Of a DNA stretch of 61,417 nt, positions 1 to 9,075 are shown piece by piece (position 1 is the stretch's first letter; each line of letters begins with the position of its first letter). The DNA comes from a virus, in the IMG/VR virus record IMGVR_UViG_3300045988_077264, positions 1-61,417 of that record; one strand, 5' to 3'. The notes beneath the pieces are model-generated. The model was not told the origin of the DNA and made no database searches. It saw nothing but the letters and a program-made list of their open reading frames with translations. The translations under genes were made by a program, and so were the position numbers.

Positions 1-28
1 TTAATGCCGGCAGCGGGACTTGAACCCG
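1..28. repeat. att core copy (displaced 3' end of a minus-strand tRNA gene)
   Basis: ttaatgccggcagcgggacttgaacccg is identical to 61390-61417. Its reverse complement reads CGGGTTCAAGTCCCG-CTGCCGGC-A, i.e. T-loop TTCAAGT, T-stem and acceptor 3' strand. Confidence 0.85.
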
Positions 29-73
29 GGAACATGCTCTGAACCCCAGTGTTTATGCGGTTTTCAAAAGTGT

Positions 74-102
74 AGTAATCAAAAAACCGGTAATAGTAAT
101 CA
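74..102 (+). repeat. Two AGTAATCA direct repeats (candidate integrase arm-type sites)
   Basis: AGTAATCA occurs at 74-81 and 95-102. The same octamer occurs twice at 61335-61352, next to the other att core. Confidence 0.4.
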
Positions 103-1329
103 AGATATTTTTCCTGCTGCTTCAATAATTTTCATTTTTTCATGAATACTCGACACATCATATGTATAATTTTCTTCATTTACTCGTTCAGTATGTCCGA
201 GAAGAGCTGCCGCAACTGTTACTGGAACACCATTGCTTCTAAGGTTTGAATTTAATGTTCTTCTTATTGCATGAATACTTTTTGTATGTTCAAACTCTTT
301 AGTCATTGTCATATTTCTTATGCATTCAGAAATTTTTCTAGCATGTACTCTTCCATCTACATCACTAAATACAAATTCTGTTAAAAAGCACCTCTTTATT
401 TCTTCCTTTTTAACCCTATCGAGAACATCTTTTATCTCAGAAGTTAATGGAAATGTTCGTACTTTATCATTCTTGGTTGTGGAAATGTAAAACTCATTTT
501 TCTTTCTATTATACTTTTCAGATCTGCAAATGGTTATTGATTGCTCTTCATAATTTATATCTTCCCACTTAAGTCCGGAAAGTTCTCCAACCCTCATTCC
601 TGTATAAAGAGATAATTCAACTGCATAGCCTGCAATGCTTATATGCTCTTTTTGATGGTTTGCATTTAGTTTTTTAATAATTGCTTTTTTCTCTTCATTA
701 GACACTGTACGTTCTTTTGCTGATTTTGGTCTTGGTTCTTTACAATGTTGCTTGAATATTGGTAAGTCTACATATTTACATGGATTGATTTCAATAACTT
801 TATCCATTAAAGCTTTCTCAAAAACTCCGTTCATATATCCAAACATCGCCTTTAATGCCCTATATGGAATATCTTTTCTTTCAAGCAGTCTTTGAATAAA
901 TTCAGCTATATCTTCATCTGATATATCTTGGATTGACATACTTTCTATTTTGTCACCCTGGAAAAACCTCTTATAATCCGATTCATACTTACTAATCGTA
1001 TTATCTGTCCTTCCACACTTTTCTTGGCGTGAAATCCAAATAATAAATCTATCTTTAAATGAATTAAGAACTTTTTCACTCCAATAATCTATTACCTCAT
1101 TTTCAATATCAATCCGTTTCTTTTTCTTTATGAGTTTTCTTCCGTTTCCATAAGGCAAATATGTGTTCCAATATCCATTTTTCCCTTCCCATATAGAATA
1201 TGGATGTTTCTTTAATAATTCCTTTCTCTTCTGCATTTCTATTTTATCCTGCAAAAGTGCTGCATCAATGATACCATTTTCGACAGCATATTTCAATAAT
1301 TCACTATCAGACAATTTAATGTCTGGCAT
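100..1329 (-). CDS. int: Tyrosine recombinase / phage integrase
   Basis: 409-aa ORF abutting attL. Motifs: TGMRVGEL (Arg box), HAIRRT, LLGHT and a C-terminal Tyr (NYTY). Confidence 0.9.
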   Translation of the reverse strand: MPDIKLSDSELLKYAVENGIIDAALLQDKIEMQKRKELLKKHPYSIWEGKNGYWNTYLPYGNGRKLIKKKKRIDIENEVIDYWSEKVLNSFKDRFIIWISRQEKCGRTDNTISKYESDYKRFFQGDKIESMSIQDISDEDIAEFIQRLLERKDIPYRALKAMFGYMNGVFEKALMDKVIEINPCKYVDLPIFKQHCKEPRPKSAKERTVSNEEKKAIIKKLNANHQKEHISIAGYAVELSLYTGMRVGELSGLKWEDINYEEQSITICRSEKYNRKKNEFYISTTKNDKVRTFPLTSEIKDVLDRVKKEEIKRCFLTEFVFSDVDGRVHARKISECIRNMTMTKEFEHTKSIHAIRRTLNSNLRSNGVPVTVAAALLGHTERVNEENYTYDVSSIHEKMKIIEAAGKIS

Positions 1330-1384
1330 AGGCTGCTCCGCCCTTTCTCTCCCTTCAATATAGTTATCGTAAGTGTTTTTAACA

Positions 1385-1414
1385 TAAAAATACCGCCAGT
1401 TGAATGCTGGCGGT
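1385..1414 (-). terminator. Rho-independent terminator
   Basis: ACCGCCAG/CTGGCGGT 8-bp stem, followed on the minus strand by a T-run (plus-strand A-run 1385-1390). Confidence 0.6.
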
Positions 1415-1427
1415 TGGTATACTTGTG

Positions 1428-1802
1428 CTAATTCATTATCTCTTTATGTTTTCGTATTTTTACAAGTTCCGTTTTATAGCGATTTCTTTCTTCAAGATAT
1501 ATTATCGTTGGGATAGAAAAAGTAAGAAAAAGTATTATTAAGAATTCATATAATAAAACCGGAACATAAAATATAAGTAATATCTGCAGTAAACTTCCGA
1601 CTAATATATATGCAATTCCACATCTAGCATAGTATCGTTGCAATAAATTAGATTCATCTACCGTATCAAATGCAATACATGTTTGAGTTGCTACCACATC
1701 TTTAAACGACATTTTTATAATTCCTAAAACAGAAAAGATTGTTCCACCTGCAATTTCGATAATTGCTATTACTGATAACAATTTTATATACATCAAAAAC
1801 AA
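1428..1802 (-). CDS. Small multi-pass membrane protein (unknown function)
   Basis: 124-aa ORF with several hydrophobic segments. It is the last gene before its own terminator, next to int. Confidence 0.5.
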   Translation of the reverse strand: MFLMYIKLLSVIAIIEIAGGTIFSVLGIIKMSFKDVVATQTCIAFDTVDESNLLQRYYARCGIAYILVGSLLQILLIFYVPVLLYEFLIILFLTFSIPTIIYLEERNRYKTELVKIRKHKEIMN

Positions 1803-1889
1803 CTCCTTTTGTTTTTATTATACACTTCCACCGCCAGTATTCAATTTTCAAGGTACAAAAGTCGAGTGTTATCGACAAATTAAAGTTCT

Positions 1890-2165
1890 TTATTCATCAC
1901 TCCAATCTAATTTTTGACCACAATGGTAACACCATTTTGCAATATTAAAGCCTGTGAAACCAAGATTGCAGGTCGGGCAATAATATGTGTTGACATATCT
2001 AATTTTTTGCTCCTTGCTCTTAATAGGTTTCTTCGGTATCTGCTTTTCAAGTGCCTTGATTGCCATATCTACAAGTTCGTCCATCTTATCGTTTTCCAGC
2101 CATAAATCGTCTAAATTCCATTTTGGAAAGTTTTTGATAATCTCAATTGTTTCATTCTCTGTCAT
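1890..2165 (-). CDS. Small zinc-ribbon protein
   Basis: 91 aa with CPTC...CYHC Cys pairs. Tightly packed with its neighbours. Confidence 0.45.
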   Translation of the reverse strand: MTENETIEIIKNFPKWNLDDLWLENDKMDELVDMAIKALEKQIPKKPIKSKEQKIRYVNTYYCPTCNLGFTGFNIAKWCYHCGQKLDWSDE

Positions 2166-2167
2166 TC

Positions 2168-2563
2168 TTACACCTCCAACAGCTCCGGGTTGTCAAATAC
2201 ATTTCCGATGACCTCCATCTCATATCCTCTAAAACAATCAAAATTCCATTTAGCACCAATAGGCAATTTTTCAGATTTAACGCACATCCACGAAAATTGA
2301 TAATGATTGTCTTGCCAAAATGCTTTGTAAAGATTGCCTTTATCATCCTTAGCAATATCATTCTCATAAATCAGCTTACTGTTTTTATCCTTACCTCCTG
2401 TGCACTGGCAGACGGTTTCTGGGTCTACTTCATGCATACCAACTTCGTTTCCGTACTGTCCGACGCATGTATCACCAATCTTGTAAACCGAATGAACTAA
2501 ATCTCCAAACACCCATTCTCCATTATCTTTCCGCTTGCCGCGGAATAAATATCTATTCTCCAT
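2168..2563 (-). CDS. YopX family protein
   Basis: N-terminal FRGKRKDNGEWVFGDL and C-terminal VIGNVFDNPELLE are typical of YopX. Confidence 0.7.
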   Translation of the reverse strand: MENRYLFRGKRKDNGEWVFGDLVHSVYKIGDTCVGQYGNEVGMHEVDPETVCQCTGGKDKNSKLIYENDIAKDDKGNLYKAFWQDNHYQFSWMCVKSEKLPIGAKWNFDCFRGYEMEVIGNVFDNPELLEV

Positions 2564-2566
2564 CGT

Positions 2567-2752
2567 TTATATCCTCCTGTATTTATTCTGGTTCAGCCAA
2601 TACCATTTACACGCCCTGCCGCCATTAACAAATACCATAGGCTTCCCACTATTATTTGCATTTGCACATGTGACACCATTTGAACCACAATACAGACAGT
2701 TGGAACATCTTTCTTCAATTTGCTTTTCTTCCAGAACTCTGATATATCCCAT
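2567..2752 (-). CDS. Cys-rich small protein
   Basis: 61-aa ORF with CSNCLYCG...C...C, in the operon. Confidence 0.35.
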   Translation of the reverse strand: MGYIRVLEEKQIEERCSNCLYCGSNGVTCANANNSGKPMVFVNGGRACKWYWLNQNKYRRI

Positions 2753-3234
2753 TATTTTTTCTCCATTTCTTTCAACTTGGCTTCAGCTTCAGATTCTGTG
2801 AGTAATACTGTTTTGCCAATACCAGACAATGGAATCGCAAAATTTTTCTCACACTCTATGTAATTGCTATCCGGTCCGGTCTCATCGTCAATCCATTCAT
2901 GTAACCATTTTGCCTTAACCGCAATCTTCATCCAGTTTCTTTTCGCAAAACGGAATGAAACAACTCGACCTGGGAAATATGATGGAATCTTATTCTCAAT
3001 GTCCTCATAACACTCCATATCCTCTATTGGAAGCATCGTGCTGTCTGCATAAACAGTATCTCCCACCTTGCACGGCAACCGCAGTAGTAATCCCTGCTCC
3101 TCGGCATCCTCATAAGCAGCAAGTTTATTAATCAGTGCCTGTAGATTCGCCTTTCCATATTCATAAGGTGTATCTATCGGATTTATAGATTCATAATCCT
3201 TTCCGTTTCCCATATATTCAGTTAATCTCTCCAT
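2752..3234 (-). CDS. Hypothetical phage protein
   Basis: 160-aa ORF, co-oriented, with abutting stop/start. Confidence 0.5.
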   Translation of the reverse strand: MERLTEYMGNGKDYESINPIDTPYEYGKANLQALINKLAAYEDAEEQGLLLRLPCKVGDTVYADSTMLPIEDMECYEDIENKIPSYFPGRVVSFRFAKRNWMKIAVKAKWLHEWIDDETGPDSNYIECEKNFAIPLSGIGKTVLLTESEAEAKLKEMEKK

Positions 3235-3239
3235 ATCTC

Positions 3240-3638
3240 CTACCTCACTTTCACATCCTTATCATTTTTCCTGATTTTGAATTCCAGTCCACATTCTTCC
3301 TTAAGTATTTCTATCTGCTCATCCCAAGTTGTGTAATCATCCATAAGGCACTCTGCCTTGCTATTGAACCGCTCTATGTATCTTTTAATTCTTTCTGCGC
3401 CAAATCCGAACTGGTCCCGGAGTGTGATTGCTGACAGAATTGTTATTGTATCAATGGTATTCTCTTTGATTTTCAGCACACATTCATCTATCGCATTCTT
3501 TGGAAGTGCCAGGGGCATTTTCGTTGCCCCTCTGAATTTGCATTCCTCTTCCAGTCCTTCTATTCCTTTAGTTTTGGCTATCTTTAAGGCATATGCCATT
3601 CCTTCTCTTCTCGCTTCTTCTAATTTATCTCTCGCCAT
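3240..3638 (-). CDS. Hypothetical phage protein
   Basis: 132-aa ORF, co-oriented. Confidence 0.5.
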   Translation of the reverse strand: MARDKLEEARREGMAYALKIAKTKGIEGLEEECKFRGATKMPLALPKNAIDECVLKIKENTIDTITILSAITLRDQFGFGAERIKRYIERFNSKAECLMDDYTTWDEQIEILKEECGLEFKIRKNDKDVKVR

Positions 3639-3720
3639 ATTTTACACCCTCTTTTTATCACATTTTATTTTTCCACTTTTCCTACATATTGATTTTAAAT
3701 ACACGAAAGGAGAAATACTA

Positions 3721-3945
3721 ATGAAAAAAACAATTATAATTTGTCTTATAAAAATTATCTTGCTTCTTCTTAACAAGCACTTTGATAATTTTTATACCTT
3801 TTCAGCAAATTATCTTTTCGACAACAATTGGATATACATTCTAAAATTTCTAAAAAATCAAATGAAATTTAATGCATATCCTAATATAGGAGGCGGAATG
3901 ATGATAGCATGGTTTTATTATTTGTATTTAAAAATTAAAGGTTAG
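3721..3945 (+). CDS. Small hydrophobic protein on the opposite strand (moron candidate)
   Basis: ATG at 3721 is preceded by AAAGGAGAAAT. The 74-aa product has N- and C-terminal hydrophobic helices. The segment is very AT-rich and converges on the MTase gene. Confidence 0.4.
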   Translation: MKKTIIICLIKIILLLLNKHFDNFYTFSANYLFDNNWIYILKFLKNQMKFNAYPNIGGGMMIAWFYYLYLKIKG

Positions 3946-5552
3946 GCAAACCGGAGCTGTCCGGTCTGCTCTGCTTCTATCTGAATGTTTGGCATACGTT
4001 CCGCCACACACAGTTCCGGCAAATTTGCTCTGACAAGTGCTGCCGGTATCGGTGGACATACTGCATTGCCGCATCTTCTCACCTGCTCGCTTCTCGGATA
4101 AGTCTTCCCGGTATAATCATGGTCGATGATATAGTCGTCGGGGAATCCCTGGCATCCATACAACTCTCTTGGCTCCAACATTCGAAGTCCGATATCTACA
4201 ATCTGATAATCCACGCCCTCTATTGTCACCAGTCCGAATCTGCCCTTAGTTGTCACGGTATCAAGTGGTTTTTCAATATCTTGTCCGGTCGCATCTCCAT
4301 AATATTTAATCAAAAATGCCCTAACCTCCCCGAAGTGATCACTTGCTGTTACCGTTCCCAGTGGCTTCCGTATGTCTTGTCCTATACCAGTTTTATAAAA
4401 CTTGCTCAGAAATGATGTGACAAGTCCATAACGATTTGAACTGTCAACTGTCATTATCGGGTCTTTAATTGTCTGCCCTCTGACTTCTCCCTGTGCTGTT
4501 TCGGAATGGTACTGTATAAGCGTTGGAACCACTAACCGATTATGGTCTACAGTGGTAATTGTATCTATAGGCTCATTTACGTTACTTCCATTTCCTTGGT
4601 AGTTTCCACCATATGCCTTATCAATAATTGGTGTAAGTATAGGCTCCACTATACCAAAACCATGCTTCCCAGTAATCGTCCCCAGCGGTCTATTCAAGCT
4701 ATTACAATAATCATATTTTGCACCGCTGTGATTCACTTGCACTACAAACGGCTCTGCATTATCTATAACAAACTTTTTAAGTCCTTTTCCTATCCGGTCC
4801 ATTGTTTTCTTTGCCAGCGGTCGAACCGCACGGATGCCGTACTTTTCTTTGATTTCTTCTGATGTATCAAAGATGCTCGGGCACGGTCGGTTGAAATCAA
4901 TCTGTGTGTATGCTCCCACATAAGGTTTCAGCAATCCAGCTTTCACTTTCTCGCTGTCTGCTGGTCCATGTGTCGGCTCCGGCCATACAATTGGCTTGCC
5001 GTCACACCGAGCAATCATGAAAAATCTCTTTCGCATGGTAGGTGCTCCGTAGTCAGCAGCCACCAATTCCCTGAAATCCACTTCATACCCCAAATTGGTA
5101 AGCTGTTGCACAAACTTTTCGAAAGTCTTCCCATGTTTGCTCTTAATTGGATGATGCCGCCTGTTTAATGGGCCCCATGTTTTAAATTCTTCCACATTCT
5201 CCAGCATAATTACTCTAGGTCTAACAAGCCCTGCCCATCTGCAAGCTACCCACGCAAGACCACGGATATTCTTATCCTTTGGCTTGCCGCCCTTCGCTTT
5301 GCTGAAATGCTTACAGTCCGGTGAGAACCAGGCAAGTGCTACAGGATGTCCTTTACAAGCCTTTACCGGGTCTACTGCCCATACATTCTCGCAATAGTGC
5401 TTTGTATTCGGGTGATTCGCCTTGTGCATCTTAATAGCTTCCGGATCATGGTTGATAGCTATATCTACACTGTAGCCGGTAGCAAGTTCAATTCCGGTAG
5501 ATGCACCACCACCGCCTGCAAAGTTGTCTACGATTAGTTCTCCGTTAATCAT
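3942..5552 (-). CDS. dcm: DNA (cytosine-5) methyltransferase with repeated TRD-like units
   Basis: Motifs DNFAGGGG (I), FSPDCKHFS (IV-like), MLENVEEF (VI), QGFPDDY and RRCGNAVCPP (X). Five P-x-x-T-(I/V)-(T/D) repeat units lie between them. Confidence 0.85.
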   Translation of the reverse strand: MINGELIVDNFAGGGGASTGIELATGYSVDIAINHDPEAIKMHKANHPNTKHYCENVWAVDPVKACKGHPVALAWFSPDCKHFSKAKGGKPKDKNIRGLAWVACRWAGLVRPRVIMLENVEEFKTWGPLNRRHHPIKSKHGKTFEKFVQQLTNLGYEVDFRELVAADYGAPTMRKRFFMIARCDGKPIVWPEPTHGPADSEKVKAGLLKPYVGAYTQIDFNRPCPSIFDTSEEIKEKYGIRAVRPLAKKTMDRIGKGLKKFVIDNAEPFVVQVNHSGAKYDYCNSLNRPLGTITGKHGFGIVEPILTPIIDKAYGGNYQGNGSNVNEPIDTITTVDHNRLVVPTLIQYHSETAQGEVRGQTIKDPIMTVDSSNRYGLVTSFLSKFYKTGIGQDIRKPLGTVTASDHFGEVRAFLIKYYGDATGQDIEKPLDTVTTKGRFGLVTIEGVDYQIVDIGLRMLEPRELYGCQGFPDDYIIDHDYTGKTYPRSEQVRRCGNAVCPPIPAALVRANLPELCVAERMPNIQIEAEQTGQLRFA

Positions 5553-8077
5553 GGCATCACCCCCGGCATAAAATCAAACAATGTCGGCTCATCCACCTCA
5601 TTTTCCGCCGCCTGCAGGTATCCCACGCCATCACGGAAATAATCTGGATTCAATTCGCATCCCTTGCCGTTCCGGTGCATCTTAACCGCTGTCATAGGTA
5701 CGGTCATCAGACCGCCAAAAGGGTCATATACCGTATCACCTTCGTTACTATACCTGTTGATAATACGCTCCACAATGTCAAGCTGCAGTGGGCAAACGTG
5801 CATCTGCGCCCTCCGCCTGCTCTGTGTAGTGTTGAGTGTCCGCATCCGGTTAATATCGTCCCATACTTCCAATTGATTCCAAGAGCCTGGAGCTACCACC
5901 ATAAAAGCTGCCGGTAACTTTCCATTTTCATCCAAATCCTCAGCAAGTTTCACATGCTCTGCATAATTGTAAACAGTACCACGGCTATAATCTCTGTATA
6001 CCTGCTGTAGACTCTCTACCGGAAACTCTTTCAATTCTTCTTTGCTTACTAAACGATTACCGGAACTTCTCCAGTATCCGTGAGCATCTATCTGCCACTG
6101 TGCCCGTGTATAATCTTCTTTCGATTTCTTTACCGGCACATCTGCATAAGCTGTACTTCTGTCTGTCGGAAGTTTACGGAACAGTAATATATATTCCGGA
6201 CATCCTACACCCATCTTGGAACCGTCCTTGCACTGCTCCGTCCATCCAAGGCGATATGTCTGGTTATTCTCCCTTACCACATCGGTAACAACTGTAATCA
6301 TGCCGAAATACTGAAAGCCATATTTCATATAATGCTCAATGCAAAGTGCATGAAAGGGTTCTATAGTCGGCATTCCGGTACCGGTGGCATTTCCAAATAA
6401 AACTCTGTCTTTCACATGGATTGCTGCCACTCTTCCCGGCTTAAGAACGCGAAGCAGCTCCGGTGTCAGATAACACATCTGCTCAAAAAATCGTTCAGTA
6501 TTCTGGTTGTGTCCAAAATCGTTATAATTGGCACTGTATTCATAGTGATTACCGAATGGAATAGAGGTATGTATCAAATCAATGCTGTTACTTTCCATTG
6601 CCCTGGTTTCTTCCACACAATCACCATATACTGCTTCATAATGGTTTCCTCTTACTGTCCTTTCTTCTCTGCTGCCTTCCACACCCATCTTCCTTTCTAA
6701 TCGCTGCGCCTTATTTGCGGAATTTAATCCATATTTCTTCACAATTTCTATCATTTTATCCACCATATGATTGTGGTTTTTCCACTTCTCCAAAAGTGCT
6801 TCTTTAATCTGTCTCTCATTCTCCATATAAATGATGTCAATCACTACTGGCTCTTTCTGTAGGAAACGATAACATCTATGAACTGCCTGGATAAAATCAT
6901 TAAATTCATAATCAATTCCGAGAAATATTTCTCTGTGGCAATACCTCTGAAAGTTGCATCCGGATCCGGACAATGATTTCTTTGTAGCAAACAGCCTTGT
7001 TTTTCCATTTGCAAAATCAATTACCTTCTTTTCTCTCATGTCATAATCCATAGAACCATAAATATCTACTACTTCTGGAAGTGCTTTTTTAATTGCGTGA
7101 CGCTCATTTTCCAAATCATGCCACAAAAGAAAATGTTCTTCCGGAGATTCCTCTACAATTCTCTCCATCTCTGCAACTCTCTTATCAATACTATCCCTTT
7201 TTACTGCTGCAGCTTCCTTTAATCCCTCTGCTGCTTCCTGAAATAATTGCATCTGTCCGTCTCTGTCAGCAGTATCTCCATAATGAACCGGTAATTCATG
7301 CCACCTTACATCCAATGGCGGTAAATCATATCCTTCATCTGAATAATCTGAATTTAAATCTGAAGGTCTTGTAATGAAAAGTGCCCAACTGCTAACCCAC
7401 ATCCAAAACTCATCTTCCATATTCGGATATAATTTCAAATTATTTGCTTTTGTGCTATCTCTCTGAAAAAATCTTGTTAATGCCTGTCCGGTATCCATCA
7501 CTTCCAGATATCCGGCATAATGTATCAGTTCCTTATACTTATTTGGTGATGGTGTAGCTGTTGCCACTAGCTTATAAGGTACATTCTTGAATTTATCCAA
7601 AAATGTCTGATATGTCTTACTGCCAAAACTCCTTAAAACACTGGCTTCATCCAATGATGTGGCTATAAAGTATTCTGGCCGGATGTCTCCATCCCGGACA
7701 CGCTCATAATTTGTCAATACAATCTGGCTTGTACTCTTTTCTACTTCTTCCATTGTCCGGCAGTATTCCGGCTTTTCATATCCAAGCACGTCTACAGCAT
7801 CTCTGGTAAACTCCTGCTTTACTCCAAGCGGAAGTACAATCAATGCTCTTCCACCACACTGTTCTGCCGCTAAATGGCAAAATTCAATTTCCTGCACTGT
7901 TTTTCCTAATCCAAAAGATTCAAACAATGCACGCCTGCCACCTTTTAATGCCCATATAACAGCATCTCTCTGGTGTGGCTTTAATATTTTATTTACTTTT
8001 TCTGGCTCTATAACAAATCCACTATCTGTTGCAAGCTCTATCTTCGATTCTAAAAATTCTTTGTATGTCATTTTCAA
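5549..8077 (-). CDS. SNF2-type helicase fused to an N6A/N4C DNA methyltransferase
   Basis: N-terminal half: FGLGKT (Walker A), SLDEAS (DExx) and GSGCNFQ. C-terminal half: HTSIPF (motif IV-like) followed by DPFGGLMTV (motif I), the beta-class order. The track start is TTG; ATG at 8071 is more likely. Confidence 0.8.
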   Translation of the reverse strand: MKMTYKEFLESKIELATDSGFVIEPEKVNKILKPHQRDAVIWALKGGRRALFESFGLGKTVQEIEFCHLAAEQCGGRALIVLPLGVKQEFTRDAVDVLGYEKPEYCRTMEEVEKSTSQIVLTNYERVRDGDIRPEYFIATSLDEASVLRSFGSKTYQTFLDKFKNVPYKLVATATPSPNKYKELIHYAGYLEVMDTGQALTRFFQRDSTKANNLKLYPNMEDEFWMWVSSWALFITRPSDLNSDYSDEGYDLPPLDVRWHELPVHYGDTADRDGQMQLFQEAAEGLKEAAAVKRDSIDKRVAEMERIVEESPEEHFLLWHDLENERHAIKKALPEVVDIYGSMDYDMREKKVIDFANGKTRLFATKKSLSGSGCNFQRYCHREIFLGIDYEFNDFIQAVHRCYRFLQKEPVVIDIIYMENERQIKEALLEKWKNHNHMVDKMIEIVKKYGLNSANKAQRLERKMGVEGSREERTVRGNHYEAVYGDCVEETRAMESNSIDLIHTSIPFGNHYEYSANYNDFGHNQNTERFFEQMCYLTPELLRVLKPGRVAAIHVKDRVLFGNATGTGMPTIEPFHALCIEHYMKYGFQYFGMITVVTDVVRENNQTYRLGWTEQCKDGSKMGVGCPEYILLFRKLPTDRSTAYADVPVKKSKEDYTRAQWQIDAHGYWRSSGNRLVSKEELKEFPVESLQQVYRDYSRGTVYNYAEHVKLAEDLDENGKLPAAFMVVAPGSWNQLEVWDDINRMRTLNTTQSRRRAQMHVCPLQLDIVERIINRYSNEGDTVYDPFGGLMTVPMTAVKMHRNGKGCELNPDYFRDGVGYLQAAENEVDEPTLFDFMPGVMP

Positions 8078-8129
8078 AAGGAACCCGATATATCGTTACC
8101 CCGGCCGGAGGTTCTGCTCCTTTCTATAG

Positions 8130-8158
8130 TTGTAGATTAGTTTTTACTGCTGTATAAT
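8130..8158 (+). promoter_or_regulatory. Sigma-70-type promoter for the DUF4145 gene
   Basis: TTGTAG (8130-8135), 17 nt, TATAAT (8153-8158), lying 32 nt upstream of the ATG. Confidence 0.45.
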
Positions 8159-8189
8159 AATAGTAAACTTTAATTTATAGGAGGTAGTT

Positions 8190-8870
8190 ATGTCTAGCTT
8201 TCAATGTCCCTTTTGTTCATCTTCTATGGCAATCTCTGATGATACATTATGTAAGCGAAATGTAAGTTTCGAATCCAAAGTTGGATTTACATATCAACTC
8301 GGTATGCCTGAAAACACCTATTCAAACTTAGAACTTAGTTTTTATAAATGTCCTAATTGCAATCAATTTACTGTTTTTGCAAAAGGTGTGGGGCCATCCG
8401 TTAAAGATATCAACACTATTATTAGACCCCAATCACTAGCAAAACAATTTCCAGATTATATACCTGAAGCAATTCGGCAAGATTATGAAGAGGCATGCGC
8501 CATCGTCAATCTGAGTCCGAAGGCATCTGCAACATTGTCGCGACGCTGTCTTCAAGGGATGATTCGCGATTTTTGGACAATCAACGAGTCAAATCTTGCA
8601 AAGGCAATTGACAAACTTAAGGATAAAATTCCAGCTCCACAGTGGCGAGTGATTGATGGAATACGACGAATTGGCAATATTGGTGCGCATATGGAGAAAG
8701 ATATTAACCTTATTGTCGATATCGAGCCAGATGAAGCCCAAAAGCTTATCAAGCTTATAGAACATCTTCTTGAACAATGGTATATCAACCGCCATGAGCA
8801 AGAATGTCTCTACGCTGATATTATTGGCATCGATGAAACCAAACAATCAGAACGTAAGAGAACAGAGTAG
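8190..8870 (+). CDS. Zinc-ribbon + DUF4145-like protein
   Basis: N-terminal CPFC...CPNC, then LSRRCLQGMIRDF...IRRIGNIGAHM, which resembles DUF4145. It is on the opposite strand to the surrounding operon. Confidence 0.6.
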   Translation: MSSFQCPFCSSSMAISDDTLCKRNVSFESKVGFTYQLGMPENTYSNLELSFYKCPNCNQFTVFAKGVGPSVKDINTIIRPQSLAKQFPDYIPEAIRQDYEEACAIVNLSPKASATLSRRCLQGMIRDFWTINESNLAKAIDKLKDKIPAPQWRVIDGIRRIGNIGAHMEKDINLIVDIEPDEAQKLIKLIEHLLEQWYINRHEQECLYADIIGIDETKQSERKRTE

Positions 8871-8874
8871 GAAA

Positions 8875-9057
8875 CTACTCTTTTTCTTTTGCACACGGAT
8901 CATTCTCAGCTAACAACACTCCTTCAAAACTCCAATATTGTCTTATCTCTCGACACTTATCATTCTGGTTCAATCCACTTCCCCTAAGTGACCTTGTTTC
9001 AATTACCTGAATAACTCTTGCACCATCAGTTCCTCTTGGTCTTGCTCCTGTTTCCAT
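8875..9057 (-). CDS. Small hypothetical protein
   Basis: 60-aa ORF with a strong AAGGAAGGAGA RBS. Confidence 0.4.
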   Translation of the reverse strand: METGARPRGTDGARVIQVIETRSLRGSGLNQNDKCREIRQYWSFEGVLLAENDPCAKEKE

Positions 9058-9075
9058 ATTTGTAATCTCCTTCCT

